Position numbers and translations under genes: made by a program. The notes beneath the pieces are model-generated. The model saw nothing but the letters and a program-made list of their open reading frames with translations, made no database searches and had not been told where the DNA came from. A stretch of DNA of 64,000 nucleotides from Bdellovibrionales bacterium (GTDB taxonomy: Bacteria > Bdellovibrionota > Bdellovibrionia > Bdellovibrionales > UBA1609): contig DAHVQG010000004.1 in the NCBI GenBank assembly GCA_027317865.1, forward strand, positions 128,001 to 192,000, written 5' to 3'. This document shows positions 50,041 to 63,990 of the stretch, in pieces (within the stretch, counting starts at the first letter, position 1; each line of letters begins with the position of its first letter).

Positions 50041-50285
50041 AAAAACCTTGTGCTAATCTGTTGGAATTGCTTGAGAAATCTCACGTAATCAAAAATAAGT
50101 TACAGGCCCTAAATGTCGATTATTTCGACATAGAAATCGCAAAAGAATAAAAACCACATGTAATATTCGCTAGTTACGATTTATATATAGAATTGTCTTT
50201 GGCAATTTTTGTCACCGCCAAAATTATTTAATTTATCAGTTCCGTTGCTAGCATTAGACTAGAATTCGATTCGGAGACTTATAAT

Positions 50286-50702
50286 ATGGATGCGCTCAAA
50301 CGTTTTTTTTCGCTCATCTTTCTTTTGGCCTCACTCGCACTAATAATTTATGCCATTGGGATAGTTGGCAAAAAGTTTCGATTTTCATCTACCACGCGGT
50401 TAGAAAGATTGTGGACTGCCGATTTAATTAACCTTGCAAAGGATGGCAAGCTGCCCGCACAGTGGAGTGAAATTCGTGAAATAGACAAGATCGCCGCAAC
50501 GGGAGATAAACTTGCCGCGCGGTGGGTAAGCGACGTGAACGTGCCGATCAGAGTGAATCCGTCTGGCGATTACAAGCTTCAGATTTTATATCTATCACAA
50601 AGCAAACCGCCACATCTGAGAGCACTTATTCAATTAACACTCGTCCACATAAAGACGGGCAATTCGATATGGGAACTCGATCGCACCTATAACCTTAAAT
50701 AA
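50286..50702 (+). CDS. Hypothetical membrane-anchored protein
   Basis: 138-aa ORF, SD GGAG, N-terminal TM helix, C-terminal WELDRTY. Confidence 0.7.
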   Translation: MDALKRFFSLIFLLASLALIIYAIGIVGKKFRFSSTTRLERLWTADLINLAKDGKLPAQWSEIREIDKIAATGDKLAARWVSDVNVPIRVNPSGDYKLQILYLSQSKPPHLRALIQLTLVHIKTGNSIWELDRTYNLK

Positions 50703-50715
50703 AAACTCTATCGTT

Positions 50716-50752
50716 AAAAAATAAAAAACCCGGCTTGCAAAAACAAGCCGGG
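50716..50752 (-). terminator. rRNA operon terminator (possibly bidirectional)
   Basis: CCCGGCTTG-N6-CAAGCCGGG followed by a U-tract on the minus strand. Confidence 0.85.
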
Positions 50753-50765
50753 CGTAAAAGAAAAA

Positions 50766-50882
50766 GCTGGCATCGTGCTACTCTCCCACACGGTTACCCG
50801 TGCACTACCATCGCCGCTGACGGACTTTACTTCTGAGTTCGGAATGGGATCAGGTGTTGCCCCGTCGCTATAGACACCAGCA
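50766..50882 (-). rRNA. rrf: 5S rRNA (ends approximate)
   Basis: Conserved CCCATTCCGAAC and GTGGGAGAGTAG; paired termini. Confidence 0.95.
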
Positions 50883-50972
50883 AATTTTTAAAGATCAAAA
50901 AACTAAAATTTTGGGTGGTCAATTTTCTGACCAACTCAAGTCATTCTTAGCAGGAGTAGAAATCCATTTTTT

Positions 50973-53968
<2,996 letters not shown>

Positions 53969-54090
53969 ATTGGATTTTATACCCTGCTAAGAATCACTTG
54001 AATTGATGTCCGATTTTGCAATGGACATCTACCCAAAATCTTAGTTTTTCTATCTTTCAGTTAATTTGCAAAATGCAAAAAAATAAATAC

Positions 54091-54108
54091 CTATTCAGTT
54101 TTCAAAGA
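54091..54108 (-). promoter_or_regulatory. boxA-like antitermination element in the spacer
   Basis: TCTTTGAAAACTGAATAG, identical to the leader copy at 55953-55970. Confidence 0.75.
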
Positions 54109-54141
54109 ACAATGCGTGACCGCAACCTCAACTCAGTCGGT

Positions 54142-54218
<77 letters not shown>

Positions 54219-54314
54219 CTAGTCACACTGAAGGGCTTCACTCCTTCAAAACTAAACAGCTAGTCCTGATTTTGGGTTTGACCACAGAGTTCGATTCACA
54301 TTGCTGTGAACCAA

Positions 54315-55828
<1,514 letters not shown>

Positions 55829-55952
55829 ATTAAAAAAGTTTGTTTTAGCTCAAATCATTTTATCTCAAATATTTTGACCTTTGCTTGCATTTGCGCCGCT
55901 CATTCGAGCGGACAAAAATGCGCTAAGGACCCAAAATCTTTTTTTGGACTAG

Positions 55953-55972
55953 CTATTCAGTTTTCAAAGAGC
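55953..55972 (-). promoter_or_regulatory. boxA-like element in the rRNA leader
   Basis: GCTCTTTGAAAACTGAATAG; also complementary to the post-16S spacer near 54244-54266 (processing stem). Confidence 0.75.
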
Positions 55973-55991
55973 GAATTTCCGAAGACATGCA

Positions 55992-56020
55992 GGTATATGT
56001 GAAACGCTCTAGCTGGTCAA
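55992..56020 (-). promoter_or_regulatory. Candidate rRNA promoter
   Basis: TTGACC-N17-TATACC with an AT-rich upstream tract; the -10 is imperfect. Confidence 0.45.
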
Positions 56021-56136
56021 GACTTTGACAAAAATATTTTTATAGGAATTTTTAGTATTCTTAGACAGTTGGCAATTTACACAAAAATGCCCAGCCTGTT
56101 GAGGATTTGGCCCGGTGGCTAGAATTACCGACCGGC

Positions 56137-57429
56137 TTACTGTTGGCGATTTAAGCCGGCATGAAACGCGCGAACTTCAGGAGCTACACGAATTGATTTG
56201 GCGCTCCAACCTGTCAAATATAGACCTTGAGCCGACCGTATACGGCTCAGCGCCACATAAGCTTGCCCCGCTTCAAAGACTCGCGAAAGGTCCACCACCG
56301 CCGAATTTAAAGTCATGCCCTGGCACTTGTGAATCGTCGTCGCCCAAGCAAGATTGACCGGAAAATTTGTTGCCGAAGCAACGACTTCACCTTCCGGGTC
56401 TAAATATGAAAACGTCTCACGCTCAAGTTCAACTTCTTGGGGCGCAATTTGCTTGTCATCTCCCGCACCGTTTCGGTCCGAGATCAATTCTATTTTCAAA
56501 ATATGCGAATCAAGTTTTTTAATTTTACCGAGCGTACCGTTTACGAAACGCAAGCGCGGATCATTTTTTCTAATCATGACTAGTGCGCCCTCTTTCAAGC
56601 ACAAAACCTCAGGTACGGGCGCTGTTCTTCGGATTTGATCGATGTATTTTTCAGCTCCGCTATAAGCTGTTTCAAATTCACAAGATGTACCATTCAACTT
56701 TTTTAGGTGATCCAGATTGAAACGCTCCACGGAATGTCGATGGGGGAAGATATGAGTGCCGGAAAAATCGGGATGGATCTCGCGCATACGCGAATTTAAA
56801 AAATCCGTCACTTGCGCATTGATCTCACCATTACGAACATAATTGAGAACTTCTAAAAAATTGCCGTCGACAGTACGAACCAATGTTTTGAGATAGGCCA
56901 CTTTAAAATGACTTAAATTCCACGCATCCGATTGAAAAGCCCAATCTTTTTCGGCGCCATAAGCATTCACTGGCGGGAGTTGACCAAAATCACCTACCGC
57001 AATGATTTTTATGCCGCCCCATGGGACGGATTTACTGCGCAGATTTCGGCAAATCATTTCAGCGGCAACCATTGCTTTACCGGAAATCATGCTAATTTCA
57101 TCAATGACAACGAGTTGTGTGCGCTCGAGGCGCTTTTTTAAGCGTTTATCCTTTAACGCACGTGAAACGGTTTTTTCTAGGCCGCCTTCGAGAATCCCGA
57201 GGCCAAAAAAGCTGTGAAAAGTAACTCCCCCAACCAGTACCGCCGCAGCGCCTGTGCTCGCCACAACCGCGTGAGTTTTTCGATTTTTTTCTTTCAAAAA
57301 TTCTTGAAGTAAAAATGATTTACCTGAGCCGGCGGCTCCAGTTAAAAACACATTTTCAGGGCCATTTAAAACAGTAAGTGCCCGCTTTTGGCATTCCGTG
57401 AATTGCGTTTCGCGATTATTTTGAGTCAG
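56137..57429 (-). CDS. Pif1-family 5-prime to 3-prime DNA helicase; probable CTG start
   Basis: Q motif FTECQKRAL, TGAAGSGKS, IDEISM, GDFGQLPPV, VNG, AWATTIHKCQG.T, GQAYVALSR. Confidence 0.9.
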   Translation of the reverse strand: MTQNNRETQFTECQKRALTVLNGPENVFLTGAAGSGKSFLLQEFLKEKNRKTHAVVASTGAAAVLVGGVTFHSFFGLGILEGGLEKTVSRALKDKRLKKRLERTQLVVIDEISMISGKAMVAAEMICRNLRSKSVPWGGIKIIAVGDFGQLPPVNAYGAEKDWAFQSDAWNLSHFKVAYLKTLVRTVDGNFLEVLNYVRNGEINAQVTDFLNSRMREIHPDFSGTHIFPHRHSVERFNLDHLKKLNGTSCEFETAYSGAEKYIDQIRRTAPVPEVLCLKEGALVMIRKNDPRLRFVNGTLGKIKKLDSHILKIELISDRNGAGDDKQIAPQEVELERETFSYLDPEGEVVASATNFPVNLAWATTIHKCQGMTLNSAVVDLSRVFEAGQAYVALSRIRSAQGLYLTGWSAKSIRVAPEVRAFHAGLNRQQ

Positions 57430-57937
57430 CGCTTAGACCCTTCATCCAAATGCTTTCGGCCTTTGGCGGCAACTGACGCATGTGACTTAAAAATGCGGCA
57501 AGTGTCCAAATTTGTTTGTCTGTCAAAATTGACTTCCACGACGGCATACCCGTCCATCTTGTGCCGTGCTTGATGACGACAAAATTTTCGTTGTCGGGCA
57601 TATCCGGCGCGTGTTCTACAAATTGGGGCGCGGGCGGATATAGTCCTCGGCCAAACTTGCTAACAGGATTTTGATGATCACCGTGGCAACCGGCACAATC
57701 GCTCATGTACATTTTCGTACCCGTGACGAGATTTGCCGACGTTGGTGGAACCGGGTTGGGAATATTATGTTTAGTTCGTGCGATCCACATATCGACTACT
57801 TTATGTGCGAAGAAGGCTTCGATTCGAGTTGGTTTAATGTCGGCTCCCATATAGAGATGTCCGCCAAAAACGAAAATAGCGGCGGCCAAAGCGACGATAA
57901 TACATAGCGCGGTTATTGTTGCATTAAATTTTGCCAT
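57416..57937 (-). CDS. Membrane-anchored monoheme cytochrome c
   Basis: CAGCH heme motif, IKHG.RWTGMP axial Met; SD AGGAGG. Confidence 0.88.
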   Translation of the reverse strand: MAKFNATITALCIIVALAAAIFVFGGHLYMGADIKPTRIEAFFAHKVVDMWIARTKHNIPNPVPPTSANLVTGTKMYMSDCAGCHGDHQNPVSKFGRGLYPPAPQFVEHAPDMPDNENFVVIKHGTRWTGMPSWKSILTDKQIWTLAAFLSHMRQLPPKAESIWMKGLSADSK

Positions 57938-58004
57938 AAACCCTCCTGCACCTATTGAAATTACGATACTCGCTCCGTTAGAAAAGGCAAACTATAGGCG
58001 ATGC

Positions 58005-58439
58005 TTAACGCCCAACTTCAGCATAACAATTTGCAGTTTCGTAAAGCCGGACCTTTGTAACCTCAATCTCTGTTCCGCGTAAACACGTGGGGCAAATTTC
58101 ATCAAGCAGGTACGCGGCAAGATTTTCAGCCGTGGGATTGAAATCGCATACAAACACTGGCTTGTGTGATGGACATTTCTTAATGAACGAAAGAGCTGGG
58201 TCATCTTTAAAAAGCAGCATTGTGTGATCCCAATGCTCTTCGATCCATGAACCAACACTCTCTTTGATGGCCGCAAAATCGATCACACGACCAAGTTGAT
58301 CGAGTTTCGCGGATTCACAAAATATATGAACTTCGTAACTATGGCCGTGTAGTGTCGCGCATTTTGATTCGTGATGGACAAGCCGATGTCCCGCTTCAAA
58401 TCTTAAAACTCTTACCGCCTGAATTTTCATTTCGTGCAT
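58005..58439 (-). CDS. queD: 6-carboxytetrahydropterin synthase (QueD/PTPS)
   Basis: FEAGH, C..LHGHSY, IDF, DH, PTAENLA, YET. Confidence 0.88.
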   Translation of the reverse strand: MHEMKIQAVRVLRFEAGHRLVHHESKCATLHGHSYEVHIFCESAKLDQLGRVIDFAAIKESVGSWIEEHWDHTMLLFKDDPALSFIKKCPSHKPVFVCDFNPTAENLAAYLLDEICPTCLRGTEIEVTKVRLYETANCYAEVGR

Positions 58440-58475
58440 GCTATTGAATACTCAACCAAACGCAAGGGCTTAATT

Positions 58476-58551
<76 letters not shown>

Positions 58552-58620
58552 AAATTGTCGGTACAGAGGATGAGATAACTGGCCTGACTCGGTCAAGTGA
58601 ATTCGTGCGCTAAATTGCGA

Positions 58621-59031
58621 TTACGCCGACGCCTTTTGTTTCAGATTTGCGATCATATTTAGCCATGTCTTTTCGGCCTGAAGTTCAAATCCAACAGCTT
58701 CTGCCCCGTTTAGCACGGCATCAAATACCCGGCGGAGAACATCGACTTCTTCTGGAGCTGAGCCTTTGACGTTTAGACTCTCTTCGATCGCCTCTACGAC
58801 ACTGATCAGGTCTGGAGTCGTGACAACTTTCGGCAATTTTTTAAGATCGAGGCCGGCCGTTTCGGCCGGCTTAAATCCAACAAGACGATCCGTAATTAGT
58901 ATTTTTTTGCCGTCAATAAAATTCACTTGCAAAAAATCCTGACCTTCGGAGTCCTGCCGTTCAAGCACCTCTTCGATGGCCTCGCACGAAAATCGTATTG
59001 TTTTACCGTCAGCCCGCTGAAAAATCGACAT
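58621..59031 (-). CDS. Hypothetical protein (start uncertain, 59031 or slightly upstream)
   Basis: Globular-looking C-terminal 136 aa of the 296-aa ORF; the upstream part overlaps the cupin gene. Confidence 0.65.
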   Translation of the reverse strand: MSIFQRADGKTIRFSCEAIEEVLERQDSEGQDFLQVNFIDGKKILITDRLVGFKPAETAGLDLKKLPKVVTTPDLISVVEAIEESLNVKGSAPEEVDVLRRVFDAVLNGAEAVGFELQAEKTWLNMIANLKQKASA

Positions 59032-59270
59032 TATGCTGAGCTGGTCAGAGTTGTTGTTTAAAGGGCGCAGCTCTAATCCTTGAGATCGCTCAATGTAACT
59101 GACAATTATGTTTTGTGGCCGATATTCAACCGGCTTATGAGAGTGATCCAATAGACTCCCCCCAAAATGTTGTTCTGACTTTCTTTTCGACCTCGCGAAT
59201 AAATACTTGAGAAAACGGCGTAATTTTGGGTTATTGTCCTGCATAGGAATGAGACAAAAAGGAGCTTTTA

Positions 59271-59576
59271 ATGCTCGTAATTCGTTGGCAAGCCCCCGTG
59301 GTACCTGAAAAAAAACAAATCCGTGCTCTTTTTGAAGCAGAAGGTTTGACCCCGACTGAAGAAGCGTTCCCTCCTGGTACGTTTGTGGATTGGCACAGGC
59401 ACCGCTTTGATGAAGTCCGTACTGTTGTTGAAGGCGAGATTCTATTTGATGTCGCCGGCAATAAACTCTTACTACGACCTGGAGATAAAATCGTTGTGCC
59501 GTCAAATACAAAGCACAGCTTTCGAGTTCAAGGCGAGGTTCCGTGTCTGTGTATTGTAGCTAATAAGGCACTTTAG
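59271..59576 (+). CDS. Cupin-domain protein
   Basis: WHRHRFDE...V.EGE and PGD.IVVPSNTKH cupin motifs; SD AAGGAG. Confidence 0.85.
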   Translation: MLVIRWQAPVVPEKKQIRALFEAEGLTPTEEAFPPGTFVDWHRHRFDEVRTVVEGEILFDVAGNKLLLRPGDKIVVPSNTKHSFRVQGEVPCLCIVANKAL

Positions 59577-59588
59577 AAGGCGACTGTG

Positions 59589-60947
59589 TCAGTCTGACAC
59601 GGGGTCGTCGCCGTGCAACCAATCCAAATAGGCGCGAATGTTTTTTTCAAACCCGTGGCCCGTCGGTTCATAGAATTTCTGCCCCCGCGCCGTTTCAGGT
59701 AAAAATTCTTGTCTGATATATCCGGTAGCCGAATCGTGAGAATATTTATAATCAGCTCCATAACCCATACGTTTGTTCAATTCAGTTTTAGATGAGCGCA
59801 ATGCAAGCGGGATCGGCAAAGGACCAGTCTTTTGCACAAATTGACTTGCCGTATCGATTGCTAAATAAGCACGGTTGGATTTCGGCGCCGAAGCCAGATA
59901 AGTCGTAACCTGCGAAAGTGTAATTCGACATTCGGGAAGGCCGATCAGCTCAACCGCGTGAAGACCAGCCACAGCAACCGACAAACCGCGCGGATCCGCA
60001 TTACCTATATCTTCGGAGGCCAGAATCACAAGACGACGCGCGATAAAAACCGGATCTTCGCCGCCTTCAAGCATGCGAGCCAAATAATAAACGGCTGCAT
60101 CGGGATCGCTACCGCGTACTGATTTGATAAAAGCCGAAATGACGTCATAATGCTGCTCTCCGCTTTTGTCATACCGTAATCGGCGCTCGCCCAATAGTGC
60201 TCGCAACTCTTCAACCTTGTATAATACTCGCTCATTTTGATTCAAACGAAAATAATTTTGCAAAACGATTTCAACCGAATTGAGCAATCGTCGTGCATCA
60301 CCATGCGCCGATTCAACAATAAAAGTTTGAGCTTCGGCATCTAATATTTCATTTACTTTGATACCGTTCTTATCAGTTGCCCGCTGAAGTATCGATTGCA
60401 ATTCTTCTGCTGCAAAGGGTTCAAAAACCAATACCTGGGAGCGGCTCAAAAGTGCGGCGTTAATTTCATAGCTCGGATTTTCAGTTGTGGCGCCAATCAG
60501 TGTAATATCCCCTGCCTCGGTAAACGGCAAAAGCACGTCCTGTTGGGCGCGGTTAAGGCGATGAATTTCATCAATAAAAATGAGGGTTCGCTCGCGAAAT
60601 TGCACGCGCCGGTCGTGGGCTGAAAGGCCGATTTGGCGGAGTTCTTTCGCCCCGGTATCAACCGCACTACAACTAACAAATTGCGCCTTCATTTCTCGAC
60701 TCAAAAGACGCGCAAATGTTGTTTTACCGGTTCCGGGCGGCCCCCACAAAATGAGGTTTGGTAAAAAATTGTGCTCCCGTAGCTGCTTTAAAAGCAATTG
60801 TTGTCTTTTCGCAAAATCTTTTGAAACGATAAATTCGTCAAAATTTGAGGGCCGCAGCAGCTCAGCCATTGGTATCAAACTTGAATTTTGCGAATTTTCT
60901 GCCGATTCCGGTGTTATAGCTTGCGAGGCTGACTCAAAAAGATCCAT
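59589..60947 (-). CDS. rarA: Replication-associated recombination protein A (RarA/MgsA)
   Basis: LWGPPGTGKTT, FIDEIHR, GATTENP, GDARR, SAFIKSVRGSDPDAA, ASEDIGNADP. Confidence 0.95.
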   Translation of the reverse strand: MDLFESASQAITPESAENSQNSSLIPMAELLRPSNFDEFIVSKDFAKRQQLLLKQLREHNFLPNLILWGPPGTGKTTFARLLSREMKAQFVSCSAVDTGAKELRQIGLSAHDRRVQFRERTLIFIDEIHRLNRAQQDVLLPFTEAGDITLIGATTENPSYEINAALLSRSQVLVFEPFAAEELQSILQRATDKNGIKVNEILDAEAQTFIVESAHGDARRLLNSVEIVLQNYFRLNQNERVLYKVEELRALLGERRLRYDKSGEQHYDVISAFIKSVRGSDPDAAVYYLARMLEGGEDPVFIARRLVILASEDIGNADPRGLSVAVAGLHAVELIGLPECRITLSQVTTYLASAPKSNRAYLAIDTASQFVQKTGPLPIPLALRSSKTELNKRMGYGADYKYSHDSATGYIRQEFLPETARGQKFYEPTGHGFEKNIRAYLDWLHGDDPVSD

Positions 60948-61095
60948 TTGCAGTCGTTTTAAACCGGTTTGATTAAAATCACAACTCAACCCGTTTCAAT
61001 TTGAGAATCATAATGCGACAAGTGAAGAACTAGACCTAAGAATCATGGCGGATTGATCCGATAAGAATCTTAAGAGAAATCGAGGAATTTAGCGT

Positions 61096-61773
61096 ATGGC
61101 TCAAAAAGGGACACACGTGCTTTCTAAATTTTGGCTGCGCGCGCCGATTTTAGTGCTTGTATTATTGAGTGTTGTTCAATGCGCCAGCGGGAACGCCGAT
61201 TCAGCGAAAGTCGACATTCAGCTTTTGCCAACGTTACCCATTGTTATTCTGGCAAACGACACACTCACCTACACCGACCCCACCACGAACACGCCATCGA
61301 CTTATACAATTACAGCGCCTTGGTACATGATGGAGTTGAATATAGCCAATAATTCCACGAAGTATCTAACGCTCGACGGGTTTACCTACGACGTAAATTA
61401 TCTGAAAAGCGGGCAAATTCAAACTTCAACCGGTAATTCGTTTAGCGTTCAAAACCTTGATCCGCGTTATCAGTGCACATCAACCACAAGCGGAACATCT
61501 CGCGCTGCTATCGTTGAAGGTTTAGCTCCGGGTGAAACTTACACCGGCTTAAGTGACGAATGCGACGATTTTAGTTCATCAAGTATCACTACTACAAAAA
61601 GCGATATCTATTATATCCAGTCGCTGCCGGCACAAGACAATAACAGCACCAATTACTTTCTCGAGTTTACCGCTGAAGGATGGTTTGAGGATCTGCCGAG
61701 AAATTCGGACGGATCACCGCAAGGCCCGCCTACCGAGCGGTTTGTATGGCAAGGATTCATGGCCACGCAATAA
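61096..61773 (+). CDS. Hypothetical lipoprotein (Thr/Ser-rich, beta-rich)
   Basis: SD GAGG; lipobox-like VVQC; two internal Cys. Confidence 0.7.
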   Translation: MAQKGTHVLSKFWLRAPILVLVLLSVVQCASGNADSAKVDIQLLPTLPIVILANDTLTYTDPTTNTPSTYTITAPWYMMELNIANNSTKYLTLDGFTYDVNYLKSGQIQTSTGNSFSVQNLDPRYQCTSTTSGTSRAAIVEGLAPGETYTGLSDECDDFSSSSITTTKSDIYYIQSLPAQDNNSTNYFLEFTAEGWFEDLPRNSDGSPQGPPTERFVWQGFMATQ

Positions 61774-61779
61774 CGGAAC

Positions 61780-63990
61780 CTACGTCGCTGCCGTCTGTGA
61801 CTGCGGATTTAAAATCCGTGGCGTGAGAAACAATAGGAGTTCCGTTTTCTGGCTATCCGTGGATTTATTTTTAAATAACCACCCCAAACCGGGAATGTGA
61901 TCGAGCCAAGGTACCCCCTGGGTCGTTTTTGTTGTGTCATCTTCGTAAATTCCACCTATGACCGCCGTTTGCCCATTTGGCACAAGAACTTCAGTATCCG
62001 CCTCGCGCGTATTGATTGGGCGCGCGCCGGACGTTGGGTCAACAACCGCGCCTGCAAATTGCCGAATCAAGTGGACATTTAATATCACGCTACCGGCAGC
62101 CGTAATTTGTGGCGTAACTTTTAAACTCAAACTGACATTCTTTGCGACCGGTTGCGACGTTTGAGTTTGGGTTGTGTTATCTAAAATGTGTGTCACGTAA
62201 ATCACCTGGCCTTTTTGGATAATTTGGGCGGTGTGTTTGTTCATTGTGACAATTCGTGGAGACGAAATGATTCGCACCAGTTGATCTGTTTCAGCCAAGT
62301 TGAGAAGTGCACTCAAATTACCCACAAAATCAAGAACCCCGACGTTGAGGTGCGCAATAGCTCCAGTTGAACCTTGAGTCGTGTCAACTGGCGAAACCGA
62401 TAAAGACGAACTATACGTAATCGGGCTGTGATCAAAGCCACCTGAGCTTGAAAGTTGAGATTGGGTGCCCCCGAAACCCCAATTTACACCAATGCTTCGT
62501 GAAAAGTTGTTTTGTGCTTCGACGACTTTGCCTTCGATCTCCACCTGAGCTGGTGGAATATCGAGAGCTTTGATCAATTTTGTCACTCTGGCCAGCACAT
62601 CAGCCGTGTCGGTGATAATCAGCGAACTCGTGCGCGGGTCACTTACGACTTTACCTCGGCTCGGAGTTAAAAACGGTTGAATTTGGTTAACGAGGTCTTT
62701 TACGTTGGCATAGCTGACGGGAATGACTTTCACCTTCAATGGCGTCAGGTTCTTTTGCGACTCGATGATGGTCTTTTCTTGTTTGGCTTGGGCCTCAAGA
62801 GCAGAAAGTTTCATAATTCGCAAAACATTACCCTGGCGAATGTACCCAAGACCTTCGGAATCCATGACAATAACCAAAGCTTGATCCCAGGGAACTTGTC
62901 GGAGTTTTAACGAGATTTTTCCTTTAACGTCGTCGTCCATGACGATGTTGACGCCACTTTGGTCGGCAATAAAATTGATCACGTCGCGTACGTTGGCATT
63001 GTTGGTTTCAATAGAAATCGGCCGGCCAAAAAACTTATTGCTCCCCATGAGAAACTGTTCGAGAGTTCGTGCGCCCAAAATTTGTCGTGATTTTTCAGCC
63101 TTTTCGACATTGTAGGACGCCTTGTCGCCTGCGCTGTAGCCGACGGCTCCGCCTGTACCGCTACCGGTCTGCGCACCCCCGCCTGAAGACGCAAGGGGTG
63201 TTCCGCTACTTGCTGGCGTTAACAAAATCGCATTACCCACCTGCGAAACAACAGGTTGATCCGCATTATTCTTCATTTGCACTACGATTCGCGCGGAACT
63301 GCTCCCCGGGTTTTGATAGGCGTTAATCTCTCCAAACGGCGAATTGAAATCGTTCATTATGTAAGGTCGTTGCAAACTTGCGGGTAAGGTCGAGTTCGGA
63401 ATTTTAATGACCGTCTGATTTGTGTCTGGATTGGTGCGGACTGAATAAGTCGTTGGCTGATCTGTTTTGATTTCTACCGACCCACCATCCGCTGATGAAA
63501 TAAATCGAATACTTTTAACAGTTGTTTGCGGCGCCGCAGATGTACTCTCCGACGAACTTTGAGTTGAGCCCTGAGACGCGGTTTGATTTTCGGCACTGCC
63601 TTGTTCGGGTGGAGGGGTCATAAGCTCGCTTAGCGAACTTGAAGATGAGCCCGATGGAGAAGAGCTAGATGACGATGATCCTAAGCTTGTTGGAGATGAA
63701 ACCGTCGATTGTGAAGATGTCGATTGGGTAGACGTCGAAGATTGAGACGCGGTTGCCGATGGAGATGAAGTTGACGGCTGCGACGACATTAAAGCTTCAA
63801 GATCAGACGTATCGCTTTGATTGCCACTCGAAGATTGCGACGGACTTGAAGACGGTTGCTGATTACTTGAAAGTTCGTTCACCGCAGCCATTAAATCTTG
63901 ATCATTAGATGCCTTTGGTTTTGAGGCACACCGGCTGAGGGCAATAATCGCGATTGCCGCAAAAATGAGTTTTAATTTCGTGTTCGACAT
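61780..63990 (-). CDS. pilQ: Type IV pilus secretin PilQ (lipoprotein, AMIN domain, Ser-rich linker)
   Basis: ISLKLRQVPWDQAL, DPRTSSLII.D, QVEIEGKVVEA, GQTAVIGGIY, GVPWL.HIP.LGWLF, ELLLFLTPRI. Confidence 0.93.
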   Translation of the reverse strand: MSNTKLKLIFAAIAIIALSRCASKPKASNDQDLMAAVNELSSNQQPSSSPSQSSSGNQSDTSDLEALMSSQPSTSSPSATASQSSTSTQSTSSQSTVSSPTSLGSSSSSSSPSGSSSSSLSELMTPPPEQGSAENQTASQGSTQSSSESTSAAPQTTVKSIRFISSADGGSVEIKTDQPTTYSVRTNPDTNQTVIKIPNSTLPASLQRPYIMNDFNSPFGEINAYQNPGSSSARIVVQMKNNADQPVVSQVGNAILLTPASSGTPLASSGGGAQTGSGTGGAVGYSAGDKASYNVEKAEKSRQILGARTLEQFLMGSNKFFGRPISIETNNANVRDVINFIADQSGVNIVMDDDVKGKISLKLRQVPWDQALVIVMDSEGLGYIRQGNVLRIMKLSALEAQAKQEKTIIESQKNLTPLKVKVIPVSYANVKDLVNQIQPFLTPSRGKVVSDPRTSSLIITDTADVLARVTKLIKALDIPPAQVEIEGKVVEAQNNFSRSIGVNWGFGGTQSQLSSSGGFDHSPITYSSSLSVSPVDTTQGSTGAIAHLNVGVLDFVGNLSALLNLAETDQLVRIISSPRIVTMNKHTAQIIQKGQVIYVTHILDNTTQTQTSQPVAKNVSLSLKVTPQITAAGSVILNVHLIRQFAGAVVDPTSGARPINTREADTEVLVPNGQTAVIGGIYEDDTTKTTQGVPWLDHIPGLGWLFKNKSTDSQKTELLLFLTPRILNPQSQTAAT

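Noticed and set aside
56137-58475. queD-cytochrome c-pif1 as an island integrated at tRNA-Ala
   Set aside because: No integrase and no duplicated tRNA 3-prime end were found
59032-59511. N-terminal 160 aa of the 296-aa minus-strand ORF
   Set aside because: It overlaps the well-supported cupin gene on the opposite strand and does not look protein-like
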